In this document: piece by piece, positions 1-8,113 of the stretch
How positions within the stretch are numbered: the first letter of the stretch is position 1
Layout of the letters: every line of letters starts with the position of its first letter
Origin: a virus
Length of the DNA: 64,000 nucleotides
Direction: 5' to 3' (one strand)
Virus record (IMG/VR): IMGVR_UViG_3300046170_000502
Coordinates: 64,001-128,000 of that record
The notes under the pieces: model-generated
What the model was told of the DNA's origin: nothing
Databases searched by the model: none
What the model saw: only the letters and a program-made list of their open reading frames with translations
Position numbers and translations under genes: made by a program

Positions 1-2
1 TG

Positions 3-512
3 AAAGAACCTCTAAAAGAAAAATCATCTGCAGACACAAAATTCAACAATAAAAAAGTAAAATCTGAGTTATTTCACATCTGGAAAAAAGCCAGGGTCAT
101 GTATGATATGATTAAAGATGACCAGGAATTGGAAACTTGGCAAAAAAACAATATCCGCGAGGCTCACGATTTGTTAAACGAAACAGCTACCTACACGGAG
201 TATCAGAAAATTTTTCCAACACAAAAAGAAGATGACCCCGATGAAAACAAAAATAACTTTTTATCAAATGAAGATAAAAGGTATCCCGTCCCTGTGGATC
301 AAGAAAACGGGGATCAGTTTATAACTAGATGTATATTGGACGCTAATATGAAAAACAGATATCCTGTTCAATCTGACAGATTTCAAGCTTGCATGACTAT
401 TTTTAACGAAAAAAAACAAATTACTCATTCAAATCCTGGAGAAAAGTTTGAAGACCCTATGAAAAAAAAGGAGGATGATGATATTAATCCAGTTAAGCCT
501 CTTCTTCCTTAA
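3..512 (+). CDS. Hypothetical phage protein, probably virion-associated; 5' end at the window edge
   Basis: The frame is open from base 3 (KEPLKEK...). Bases 1-2 'TG' suggest an ATG starting one base before the window. Motifs 'MIKDDQELETWQKNNI' and 'RYPVQSDRFQACM' resemble short modules recurrent in large-phage proteins. Confidence 0.5.
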   Translation, partial: KEPLKEKSSADTKFNNKKVKSELFHIWKKARVMYDMIKDDQELETWQKNNIREAHDLLNETATYTEYQKIFPTQKEDDPDENKNNFLSNEDKRYPVPVDQENGDQFITRCILDANMKNRYPVQSDRFQACMTIFNEKKQITHSNPGEKFEDPMKKKEDDDINPVKPLLP

Positions 513-2964
513 TATCGTACTCTATATTACCTCTCAGGTATTTAAATTTAATTAAGGACCCGTCTTGAAGGGTCTTGCTCAAAATTAATCTACTTAATTC
601 GTTTTCAATACTCTTTTGAAGAATTCTTTTTATCGGCCTTGCTCCCATTTTTTCTTTTATTGCTTGTTCAGATATATGTTTAACTAAAGAAGGGGTTGCG
701 GAAAACGAAATCCCTTTTTTGTGCAATTTGCAGGCAAGTTTTTTGAGCTCTAGCTTTGTTATTTTTGAAATTTGATCTAGCTCGAAATCGTTAAACAATA
801 TTATATCATTTAACCTATTCAGGAATTCTGGTCGAAAGAATAACTTTAGTTCAGCTTTTAGTTTATCATCAGCAATACTTTTTGCGTCATAATTACCAAA
901 CCCCATGTTAGGCTTCGCTGCTTTTTCGCTACCTATGTTGCCTGTTAATATTATTATACAATTTGTAAAATCAATCTTTCTTCCAGAGTTATCTGTCAAT
1001 ACCCCTTCTTCAAGAATTTGTAATAATATATTTAAAACTTCTGGGTGAGCTTTCTCTACTTCATCAAACAATATCACACTGTAGGGATTTCTTCGAACTT
1101 TTTCGGTAAGCTCTCCACCTTCTTCATACCCGACATAACCCGGGGCTGCTCCAGTTAATCTAGTTGATGAAATCTTTTCGGAAAATTCACTCATATCTAT
1201 TTGAATCAAAGATTTTTTAGAGCCGTATATAAATTCAGCGATACATTTAGCTGTATAAGTTTTACCCACGCCACTTGCACCAACCAATAAAAAACTTCCC
1301 ACTGGCTTACCTGAATCCTGTAGGCCGGATTTTGATCGCAGTATTGATTCTGATATCTCCTCTAAAGCTTCTTCTTGTCCAACAATCTTGTTCTTTAGAT
1401 TTTTTAATAATCCAAGCATTTTTTCGGATTCTTTTTTGGATATTTCAGAAAGGGGTATTCCTGTTCTAGAAGACATTACTTCATATATATCTTTTTTAGT
1501 TACAGGTATCTTTGATTTCATGGCTTTATTTGCCCAATCGGTAATTATTTGATCGTATTCTTCTAACAAATAAATTTGCTCATCTTCGATATCTGAACGC
1601 GATACGCCTATTATTTGAAGTTTAGATTCTTTCAAAGCTAGTTGCTCTAATTGATTTTCAATATCTTTGGCCTTCTGGGGACGTTCGATGTTTTTTATCT
1701 TTACTTTTGAACCTGCTTGATCCATAATATCTATAGCTTTATCTGGAAATTGTTTATCAAGAATATATTTTGATGAAAGGTCTACAATAAGATCTAAAAC
1801 TTCTTCTGGATAACAAATTGTATGAAATGATTCATATTTCGGCCTAATTCCATCCAGAATTTGCCTAGTTTCCTGCTTGTTTGGCTCTAAAACTTTTACT
1901 GATTGAAATCTTCTGTCGAGCGCACCATCTTTTAGTATACTTTTTTTGTATTCATCTTGAGTGGTGGCGCCGATACACTTCAACTCTCCTCTCGCCAGCA
2001 AAGGCTTTAACAGATTTGCAGCATCCATGCTTCCTTCGGCACTTCCTGCCCCAACTAAGGTATGAATTTCGTCGATAAATAATATTACATCTTTATTCTT
2101 TTTAGCTTCTTCTATAATCCCTTTTAATCTTTCTTCGAATTGCCCTCTATACTTTGTTCCAGCAATTAGAGACCCTAGATCAAGGGAGAATATCATTTTA
2201 CTGATTAAGAAGTCAGAACTTTCTCCCTTTACTATCTTATGAGCCAGGCCTTCAACGATTGCAGTTTTTCCAACACCGGGTTCCCCTAGAAGAACTGGGT
2301 TGTTTTTAGTTTTTCTGCATAAAATTTCGCACACTTGATATATTTCTTCTTCTTTGCCGATGATATTATCAAATTTTCCTTGCTGTGCTAGTACGTTTAA
2401 GTTTGTTGCAAATTTTTCTAGATTTGTTAATTTTTGCTCTTTAATTTTTGGTTTTTTTGTGAATGATTTAATTCTGTCTTGTTTTGGTATTTTATGCTCT
2501 TTTGATAAGTGCAAATACTCTCTAACTTCTGCTATGATATCTTCGCCAGTAGCGTTGAATGATTGAAAATATTTTGGTATATTCGATTCTTCATATTTTA
2601 ACAAGGCGAGAAGCATGTGTTCAAGGCCCACATATTCATGGCCAAGCTTTTCGCTAATAGAAGCAGAAACCTTTAATACGAGATGAAAGTGTTCATCGTA
2701 AATAGGTTCAAACGAATCTACTTCAAAAGCTTGGTTTTCTATCGAGTCGAAGTTAAAAAGGTGATGCTCTATTTCAGATTTTAGAGCTTGTTTGTCTATC
2801 TCTAATAAAAAAAGAATTTCACATAATATTCCGGCACTCAAGTTTACCATGCCGAAAAATAGGTGATCCAGGGTGATGATTTCATTTGCGTATTTTAATG
2901 CAGCCTTTTTTGCTTCGTTAATCGCTTGTTGCGCACGTGGCGTAAAGTTAGGTTTTGGAGTCAT
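493..2964 (-). CDS. clpC: ATP-dependent Clp protease/chaperone ATPase subunit (ClpC/ClpB family)
   Basis: Clp N-domain (NFTPRAQQ...EHMLLALL) and two AAA+ modules (GEPGVGKT, GASGVGKT; Walker B FIDE and LFDE). The length of about 823 aa fits ClpC. The start may be 2970 or 2964. Confidence 0.9.
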   Translation of the reverse strand: MTPKPNFTPRAQQAINEAKKAALKYANEIITLDHLFFGMVNLSAGILCEILFLLEIDKQALKSEIEHHLFNFDSIENQAFEVDSFEPIYDEHFHLVLKVSASISEKLGHEYVGLEHMLLALLKYEESNIPKYFQSFNATGEDIIAEVREYLHLSKEHKIPKQDRIKSFTKKPKIKEQKLTNLEKFATNLNVLAQQGKFDNIIGKEEEIYQVCEILCRKTKNNPVLLGEPGVGKTAIVEGLAHKIVKGESSDFLISKMIFSLDLGSLIAGTKYRGQFEERLKGIIEEAKKNKDVILFIDEIHTLVGAGSAEGSMDAANLLKPLLARGELKCIGATTQDEYKKSILKDGALDRRFQSVKVLEPNKQETRQILDGIRPKYESFHTICYPEEVLDLIVDLSSKYILDKQFPDKAIDIMDQAGSKVKIKNIERPQKAKDIENQLEQLALKESKLQIIGVSRSDIEDEQIYLLEEYDQIITDWANKAMKSKIPVTKKDIYEVMSSRTGIPLSEISKKESEKMLGLLKNLKNKIVGQEEALEEISESILRSKSGLQDSGKPVGSFLLVGASGVGKTYTAKCIAEFIYGSKKSLIQIDMSEFSEKISSTRLTGAAPGYVGYEEGGELTEKVRRNPYSVILFDEVEKAHPEVLNILLQILEEGVLTDNSGRKIDFTNCIIILTGNIGSEKAAKPNMGFGNYDAKSIADDKLKAELKLFFRPEFLNRLNDIILFNDFELDQISKITKLELKKLACKLHKKGISFSATPSLVKHISEQAIKEKMGARPIKRILQKSIENELSRLILSKTLQDGSLIKFKYLRGNIEYDIKEEEA

Positions 2965-2974
2965 TTTCATAAAT

Positions 2975-2979
2975 TACAC
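2975..2979 (-). promoter_or_regulatory. GTGTA putative late-promoter motif upstream of clpC
   Basis: GTGTA lies 10 nt before the ATG at 2964. Confidence 0.55.
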
Positions 2980-2985
2980 TCTATT

Positions 2986-5544
2986 TTACTTTACTTCAGA
3001 CATTTTCATATATATTTTTTCATCCATAACCCTTATGGAATCCAGAAAAATAATATCCTCAGCCTTTCTTCCGTAAGCGACGACAATATTTTTCTTAGAG
3101 GGTGCTTTTTTATTTTGTTGAAAATATCTGTCATAAAAATTACCCCTTCTTGAGTTTAACAACATTGCACTGTATCTTCCGTTTTCGTCTGCGATTTGAA
3201 GTTTAATATATTTATTTCCGTTTCGAGAGGTTGCTTTTAGCGAATCTTCTATTACTCCTATAAACTTACCTTTTTCGTCCAAGTCCATTAATTCTAAGTC
3301 TGTCGAGTCCTTTAAATCTTTATACAAGTCTATGAAGCAACTTTTTAATTTCGAGCTATGACTATATCCTAGTAGTTCATTTTCAAAATACCAATTCGCA
3401 AAAGTTTCGTATTTTTTATTTTTATCATAAATTGACTTGTACAAGTCATATTTCTTCTTGAATGTCTTGAACCTTGACTCCTTCATTAGTGGTTTTCCAT
3501 CATCTCCTACCATAGACTGATTTTTTGCATCAGAAATACAGTTTAATAATTTATATTCATATTCTTCTCCAAGAAAGATAAAGTTTCTCTTTTCCCTTTC
3601 TGTTAGCAGGTTAAAAGCCTGCGCTTCGAGCGCCATAAGCGACCTATTTGAACCTTTGCTTTCTAGTGCGCCAGCTTGAATCAAAGAGGAAAGAACTCCT
3701 ATGTTAAGACCAGCCTGTTTTGCGGCCAAGAAGATGTCGTATTTTGTTGGGGTATCACTAGATCTAAAGTCCCTCAGTGATTCCAAAGATTTTTCGCTAA
3801 CCCCTTTTATGCTGTTTAAGCCAAAGCGGATGTTTTTTCCCTCTATCGAGAAGTCCATTTTTGATTTTGCTAAATCTGGAGATAGTAGCTTTATTCCGAA
3901 ATTAGCCAGCTCTTTTGACACGGAGGAAATTTCTTCCTGCGGGGCAGGCTCATATTTAGTCATCCTTAATAAAGAAAGGAAAAACTGCTGTGGGTGATTG
4001 AACTTAAGATAAGACGTCCACGCCGCTAATGTTGCATAAGCTAGTGAGTGTGATTTATTAAAAGAATAATTCGCACTGTCCTCCGCTACGCTCCATAAAA
4101 TATCTCCGACTTCCGTAGGAAGATCATTATCAATAATCTTCTGTTGAATCTTTGCTTGCCAAGCAGGCATCTGATCCACTTTTTTCTTCCCGACAATCCT
4201 CCTTAGTTGCTCCGATTCATCTAAAGTAAAACCAACTTTTACCGCCATTTGCATAAGTTGCTCTTGGTACAAAGGAATTCCTCCTGTATAGTCTAAAACG
4301 TCCCTGAAGAATTCATGAATTACTTGAGGCTCTTTTGTCTGCGAATAAGTGGCGTAATCACCCAAAAAATCTAGTGCCCCTGGCCTGCCAATAGCGATAA
4401 CCGCACTAAGCTCCTCAAGATCTTTCGGCTTAATCTTTTTGCAAACTCTGAAATTAGTGTCAGATTCGAGCTGGAATAATCCATGGGGCGAACGCAACGA
4501 CTGAAGTGGCTTGAATATACTTCCATTACTTAAGTCGAGGTCCGATATATCCTCATTAATGTTTTTACATACATCATAAATAACACTCAACGTTCTTAAT
4601 CCAAGGATATCAAACTTCACCATCAATTCTGAGACCCAATTCATATCATAGCCAGTTACTAATGCTCCGTCATTTGTTTTTTGAACGGGGCAAATATCAG
4701 TAATTTTTTGAAAAGAAATAGCTATTCCACTTGGGTGAACTCCTGTATTTTTATTTAAACCTTCAATCTTTAAGGCTATCTCAAAAACATCTGGATGTTC
4801 TGCGGCCCAATCCGCAAATTTTTCGCTTTCTACAATAGCAGTCGAGATGGGAACGACAACTCCAAACTTTTTTGGAATAGTTGAACTTACTAGATTTACG
4901 TCCTGTTCGGAAAGATCGCCTACGATTTTCCCGCATTCTTTTACGCATAATTTTCCACTCAGGGTATTTAATGTTAAAATTTTTGCAGTTCTAGAGGGGT
5001 GTTTTCTTTCGATATATTCAATAACCTCGATTCTTCTTTCGTAAGCGATATCATTATCTACATCAGCCAGAAGGCTTCCGTCGAGATAGGTTATTCCACC
5101 TTTTTCTATCTTTTTCGCTCTACTCTTAGATACAAACCTCTCAAAAAACAAATTATATTTAACAGGGTCTACATTTGTGACCCCGATTAAATAAAGAACC
5201 AGCGACCCTGCTGCAGACCCTCTACCTGGACCTGTTGGGATATCATTTTCATGGCAAAAATTAATAATGTCCCAATTCAAAAGAATATAATCAATGAAAC
5301 CTAGTTCATTTAATATTTTTAATTCTGATTTTGCACGATCAAAATAATCTTTTTTATTTTTAAATTTATCTATTCCTTTATCCTTCACCCCTTTGTGACA
5401 TAACTTACGAAGGAAGTCGTAATTAGATATAGTGTTATCTGCTTCAAGCACATCGTAATACTTTTGCTCGATTTCAATCTCAGGAAGTCTAACTCCTGGA
5501 GGGCAGCACTCTTTGTATTCTGTAAATTGATCTGTAAAACTCAT
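2986..5544 (-). CDS. dnaE: DNA polymerase III alpha subunit core (palm/fingers/HhH/OB), lacking the PHP domain
   Basis: Motifs GPGRGSAAGSLV, catalytic DVDND, KFDILGL, YQEQLM and SFNKSH, plus a C-terminal OB fold. The start at 5544 forms an ATGA overlap with the upstream exonuclease stop. Confidence 0.95.
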   Translation of the reverse strand: MSFTDQFTEYKECCPPGVRLPEIEIEQKYYDVLEADNTISNYDFLRKLCHKGVKDKGIDKFKNKKDYFDRAKSELKILNELGFIDYILLNWDIINFCHENDIPTGPGRGSAAGSLVLYLIGVTNVDPVKYNLFFERFVSKSRAKKIEKGGITYLDGSLLADVDNDIAYERRIEVIEYIERKHPSRTAKILTLNTLSGKLCVKECGKIVGDLSEQDVNLVSSTIPKKFGVVVPISTAIVESEKFADWAAEHPDVFEIALKIEGLNKNTGVHPSGIAISFQKITDICPVQKTNDGALVTGYDMNWVSELMVKFDILGLRTLSVIYDVCKNINEDISDLDLSNGSIFKPLQSLRSPHGLFQLESDTNFRVCKKIKPKDLEELSAVIAIGRPGALDFLGDYATYSQTKEPQVIHEFFRDVLDYTGGIPLYQEQLMQMAVKVGFTLDESEQLRRIVGKKKVDQMPAWQAKIQQKIIDNDLPTEVGDILWSVAEDSANYSFNKSHSLAYATLAAWTSYLKFNHPQQFFLSLLRMTKYEPAPQEEISSVSKELANFGIKLLSPDLAKSKMDFSIEGKNIRFGLNSIKGVSEKSLESLRDFRSSDTPTKYDIFLAAKQAGLNIGVLSSLIQAGALESKGSNRSLMALEAQAFNLLTEREKRNFIFLGEEYEYKLLNCISDAKNQSMVGDDGKPLMKESRFKTFKKKYDLYKSIYDKNKKYETFANWYFENELLGYSHSSKLKSCFIDLYKDLKDSTDLELMDLDEKGKFIGVIEDSLKATSRNGNKYIKLQIADENGRYSAMLLNSRRGNFYDRYFQQNKKAPSKKNIVVAYGRKAEDIIFLDSIRVMDEKIYMKMSEVK

Positions 5545-6188
5545 ATTTCTATTTCCCATAGCATTTTCTTGAAAACTTCATAATTAACCTTTATATCGTA
5601 TAATGCATCATGCAGTTTAGTTGCGTCAAAAGGAACATCAAAGTCCTTGCAACACTGCTTGAGATTGCAAGATAGACCCCGTTCAATCAAATGATTTAAT
5701 CTATATTGCCAGGCCAGGAAATTATCTTCCTTGTTTATTTTAATTCTTTTCTTTAGTGCTTTGGCCAGGCAAAGTGTGTCGACTAATTTCTCTGAATAAC
5801 TAAAGTCCGACTCAGCTTTAGGGTTAATTAGTTTTCTATGCAGGTTATGCATGTAAACATCAAATCCTAATAAATTGTGCCCAACCTTAATGTAAGTATC
5901 ATCATACAAATATTTCTCAAAATGATCTAGTGCTCCTTTTGGGTCTACTGCGTTTTTTTTGTATTTGGCCTGAGTAAATCCTGTAATTTTTGCAGCTTCT
6001 GGAGACACCTTAAGGTCGTCCCATTTTAACCAATAATCTTTTTCTTCGACAATTTTATCCCCTTCTATGACGAGGAATGCTAATTGCCATGGTTTATTTT
6101 CTCCAGAAATTAAATTAAGATTGCAGGTCTCATAATCAAAAAGTAAATATTTTTGTTTGTTTTTAAATCTAAGTAATGTTTCTTTCAT
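5541..6188 (-). CDS. DEDDh 3'-5' exonuclease (DnaQ/epsilon-like proofreader)
   Basis: Exo I FDYET, Exo II GHNLLGFD and Exo III LHDALYD motifs; lies between the PHP and dnaE core genes. Confidence 0.88.
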   Translation of the reverse strand: MKETLLRFKNKQKYLLFDYETCNLNLISGENKPWQLAFLVIEGDKIVEEKDYWLKWDDLKVSPEAAKITGFTQAKYKKNAVDPKGALDHFEKYLYDDTYIKVGHNLLGFDVYMHNLHRKLINPKAESDFSYSEKLVDTLCLAKALKKRIKINKEDNFLAWQYRLNHLIERGLSCNLKQCCKDFDVPFDATKLHDALYDIKVNYEVFKKMLWEIEI

Positions 6189-6200
6189 TTATTTATTTAT

Positions 6201-6959
6201 TTATTTATTTTCTTTCCAGCTTTCGAAACTAAATTCGCTACTACCGAAATGATCTAGGTTAGGTTTTGATAAGGTTTTATTACCGAAGCTGCGACTAGTA
6301 ATACATTTATATGTTTGTAGCGCGGATACATCATTCCTACTTTTGTAATAAATACTTTTTACGGATTCTACATTAGATTCATTCTCTTCTGCATATTTTA
6401 TAACCCTGGATCTTAATAGCAAGTCGAAGGGTAGGTTATTATTTTCTAGAAAAAATGTAGGCTTGGCAAACGAAAAATTAGGTGTGCAATTGCTGAATTT
6501 CATAGTATTATTGAATATAAACGAGTCGTAAAAAGGTATTGCTAGCGAAAGGTTCTTGTTGCTCCAGTGTTTTTTTAGTATTTTTTGATCTACCGCATTG
6601 AATGATTCAGAAAAAGCTTCGCTAGATATCGCATTAAGTAATGCGCAACCTTTTGAGTTTTTGGCGAAAATAACAATCTTATGCCTTGAACTATTAGATT
6701 CTTCTTTTGGATTAATCCTTGCATTTTCGCACATATCTAATCTCAAGCCAAAAATTAATTTTACTCCCATAGAATCCGAGACTTTTTTGGCTTGAAGGAA
6801 GCCTGTTAACGAATCTTCTACGAGAATGACTTCTTTAAGATTACTTTCTTTGACTATCGAAAAAACGCTATCAGATTTACCTTCTTTTTGTGACGAAGGA
6901 TCGTCCAGCGTTAGTATGCTTTTTCCTATTGAAAAATGACTTTTAAATAATGGTAACAT
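6201..6959 (-). CDS. Stand-alone PHP domain of DNA polymerase III alpha
   Basis: Resembles the DnaE N-terminus (LFKSHFSIGKSIL...ILVEDSLTGF...GVKLIFGLRL...IVIFAKN...YKCI). Metal-binding motifs look degenerate. Confidence 0.8.
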   Translation of the reverse strand: MLPLFKSHFSIGKSILTLDDPSSQKEGKSDSVFSIVKESNLKEVILVEDSLTGFLQAKKVSDSMGVKLIFGLRLDMCENARINPKEESNSSRHKIVIFAKNSKGCALLNAISSEAFSESFNAVDQKILKKHWSNKNLSLAIPFYDSFIFNNTMKFSNCTPNFSFAKPTFFLENNNLPFDLLLRSRVIKYAEENESNVESVKSIYYKSRNDVSALQTYKCITSRSFGNKTLSKPNLDHFGSSEFSFESWKENK

Positions 6960-6965
6960 GCGTAT

Positions 6966-6994
6966 ATTTTAGCATAAATAAATTACAATGTCAA
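6966..6994 (-). promoter_or_regulatory. Sigma70-type promoter, leaderless
   Basis: TTGACA-17 nt-TAAAAT with extended -10 TG; the ATG (6959) is 6 nt downstream. Confidence 0.8.
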
Positions 6995-7004
6995 GCGTAT
7001 AAAC

Positions 7005-7026
7005 AAAAAAGCCGCCCGAGGGCGGC
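7005..7026 (-). terminator. Rho-independent terminator after nrdB
   Basis: Minus strand reads GCCGCC-CTCG-GGCGGC followed by T6. Confidence 0.85.
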
Positions 7027-7048
7027 TGGCCATAACTAATAACCAAAA

Positions 7049-8062
7049 TCAAAAATCGTCGTCAAGCGAGCCGCTTTGTTGGTACTCCCGAACCCTTCTC
7101 TCGAAAAAGTTGCCCATTGCTTGAACATCTACAACTTCACCCAACCAAGGGAAGGGGTTTTTGTCACTCGGAAACCTATAGTCTAACCCTATAGCTTCTA
7201 GTCTCCTATTACCTATGTAATGCATATAGTCAACAAACATATCCGCATTAAGCCCTAAAATTCCTGTAGGTAAAACGTCGTGAGCATAAGCAATTTCAAG
7301 TTCTACTGCTTTTTTCATATGCTCTACAAATTCATCTTGCATTTTCTTGGTCCAAATAGAGGGCTCTTGTTCGATGATTGTATTAATAATATAAGTTCCG
7401 AAAGCTATATGTGAGCTCTCATCCCTCAATGTATACTTTATTTGGTCAGATATCCCTTGAAGTTTATTTTGCCTACCTAAGGCTAAGAGCATAGCGAACC
7501 CGCTAAAGAAAAAAGTACCTTCGCAAACAATCCAGTATGTTAAAAAATTTCTAAGTATTTCTTGTTTCCCTTCTTTTGTGTTTGCATTAAAATCTTGAGC
7601 GCTAATATCATTCGTAATCTGCATTAAGAAGTCGTCTTTAGCTTTGATACTTGGGATCGTTTCGTATGCAGCGAATACCTCTTCTATATCAAGGTCAAGG
7701 CTATCACAAATATAAACTACCGTAAGGTTGTGAAGGCTTTCTTCAAACGCTTGCCGCAGGATATACTGACGACATTCAGCATCCGTAACATAGCGAAAGG
7801 CAGATAACAAAAGATTATTACCAACCAAAGACTCAGATCCAGCAAAAAACCCAAGGCAGCGTTTAACAAGTAATTTTTCATCTTCTGTAATTTCATTATT
7901 TTTCCATTGTTTAATGTCGTTCTGCATGCTGATTTCTGTTGGCATCCAGTTATTTGCGCAACTTTTTAAAAATAAATCCCATGCGTATTTATGTTTATGT
8001 GGTAAAATTCTATTTACCCCCGCTATATCTTTAGTTAGTAATTTTCCTGTTTTATCTTCCAT
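7049..8062 (-). CDS. nrdB: Ribonucleotide reductase beta subunit (R2) with class Ic signatures
   Basis: Ferritin-like ligands FFAGSESLV, EESLH, CEG and RDESSH, with C-terminal FFERRVREY. The radical-Tyr position (H+4) is Val and the first ligand is Glu. Confidence 0.93.
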   Translation of the reverse strand: MEDKTGKLLTKDIAGVNRILPHKHKYAWDLFLKSCANNWMPTEISMQNDIKQWKNNEITEDEKLLVKRCLGFFAGSESLVGNNLLLSAFRYVTDAECRQYILRQAFEESLHNLTVVYICDSLDLDIEEVFAAYETIPSIKAKDDFLMQITNDISAQDFNANTKEGKQEILRNFLTYWIVCEGTFFFSGFAMLLALGRQNKLQGISDQIKYTLRDESSHIAFGTYIINTIIEQEPSIWTKKMQDEFVEHMKKAVELEIAYAHDVLPTGILGLNADMFVDYMHYIGNRRLEAIGLDYRFPSDKNPFPWLGEVVDVQAMGNFFERRVREYQQSGSLDDDF

Positions 8063-8068
8063 GTTTAT

Positions 8069-8097
8069 AGTATATCATTATAATATAACGAAGTCAA
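8069..8097 (-). promoter_or_regulatory. Sigma70-type promoter, leaderless
   Basis: TTGACT-17 nt-TATACT, 6 nt before the ATG at 8062. Confidence 0.8.
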
Positions 8098-8113
8098 TGT
8101 TAAAAAAGATCAG

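Noticed and set aside
6187-6210. (ATTT)6 microsatellite as a phase-variable PHP-exonuclease fusion switch
   Set aside because: Any in-frame copy number (3 or 6) still contains TAA, so slippage cannot make a fusion; at most it changes spacing.
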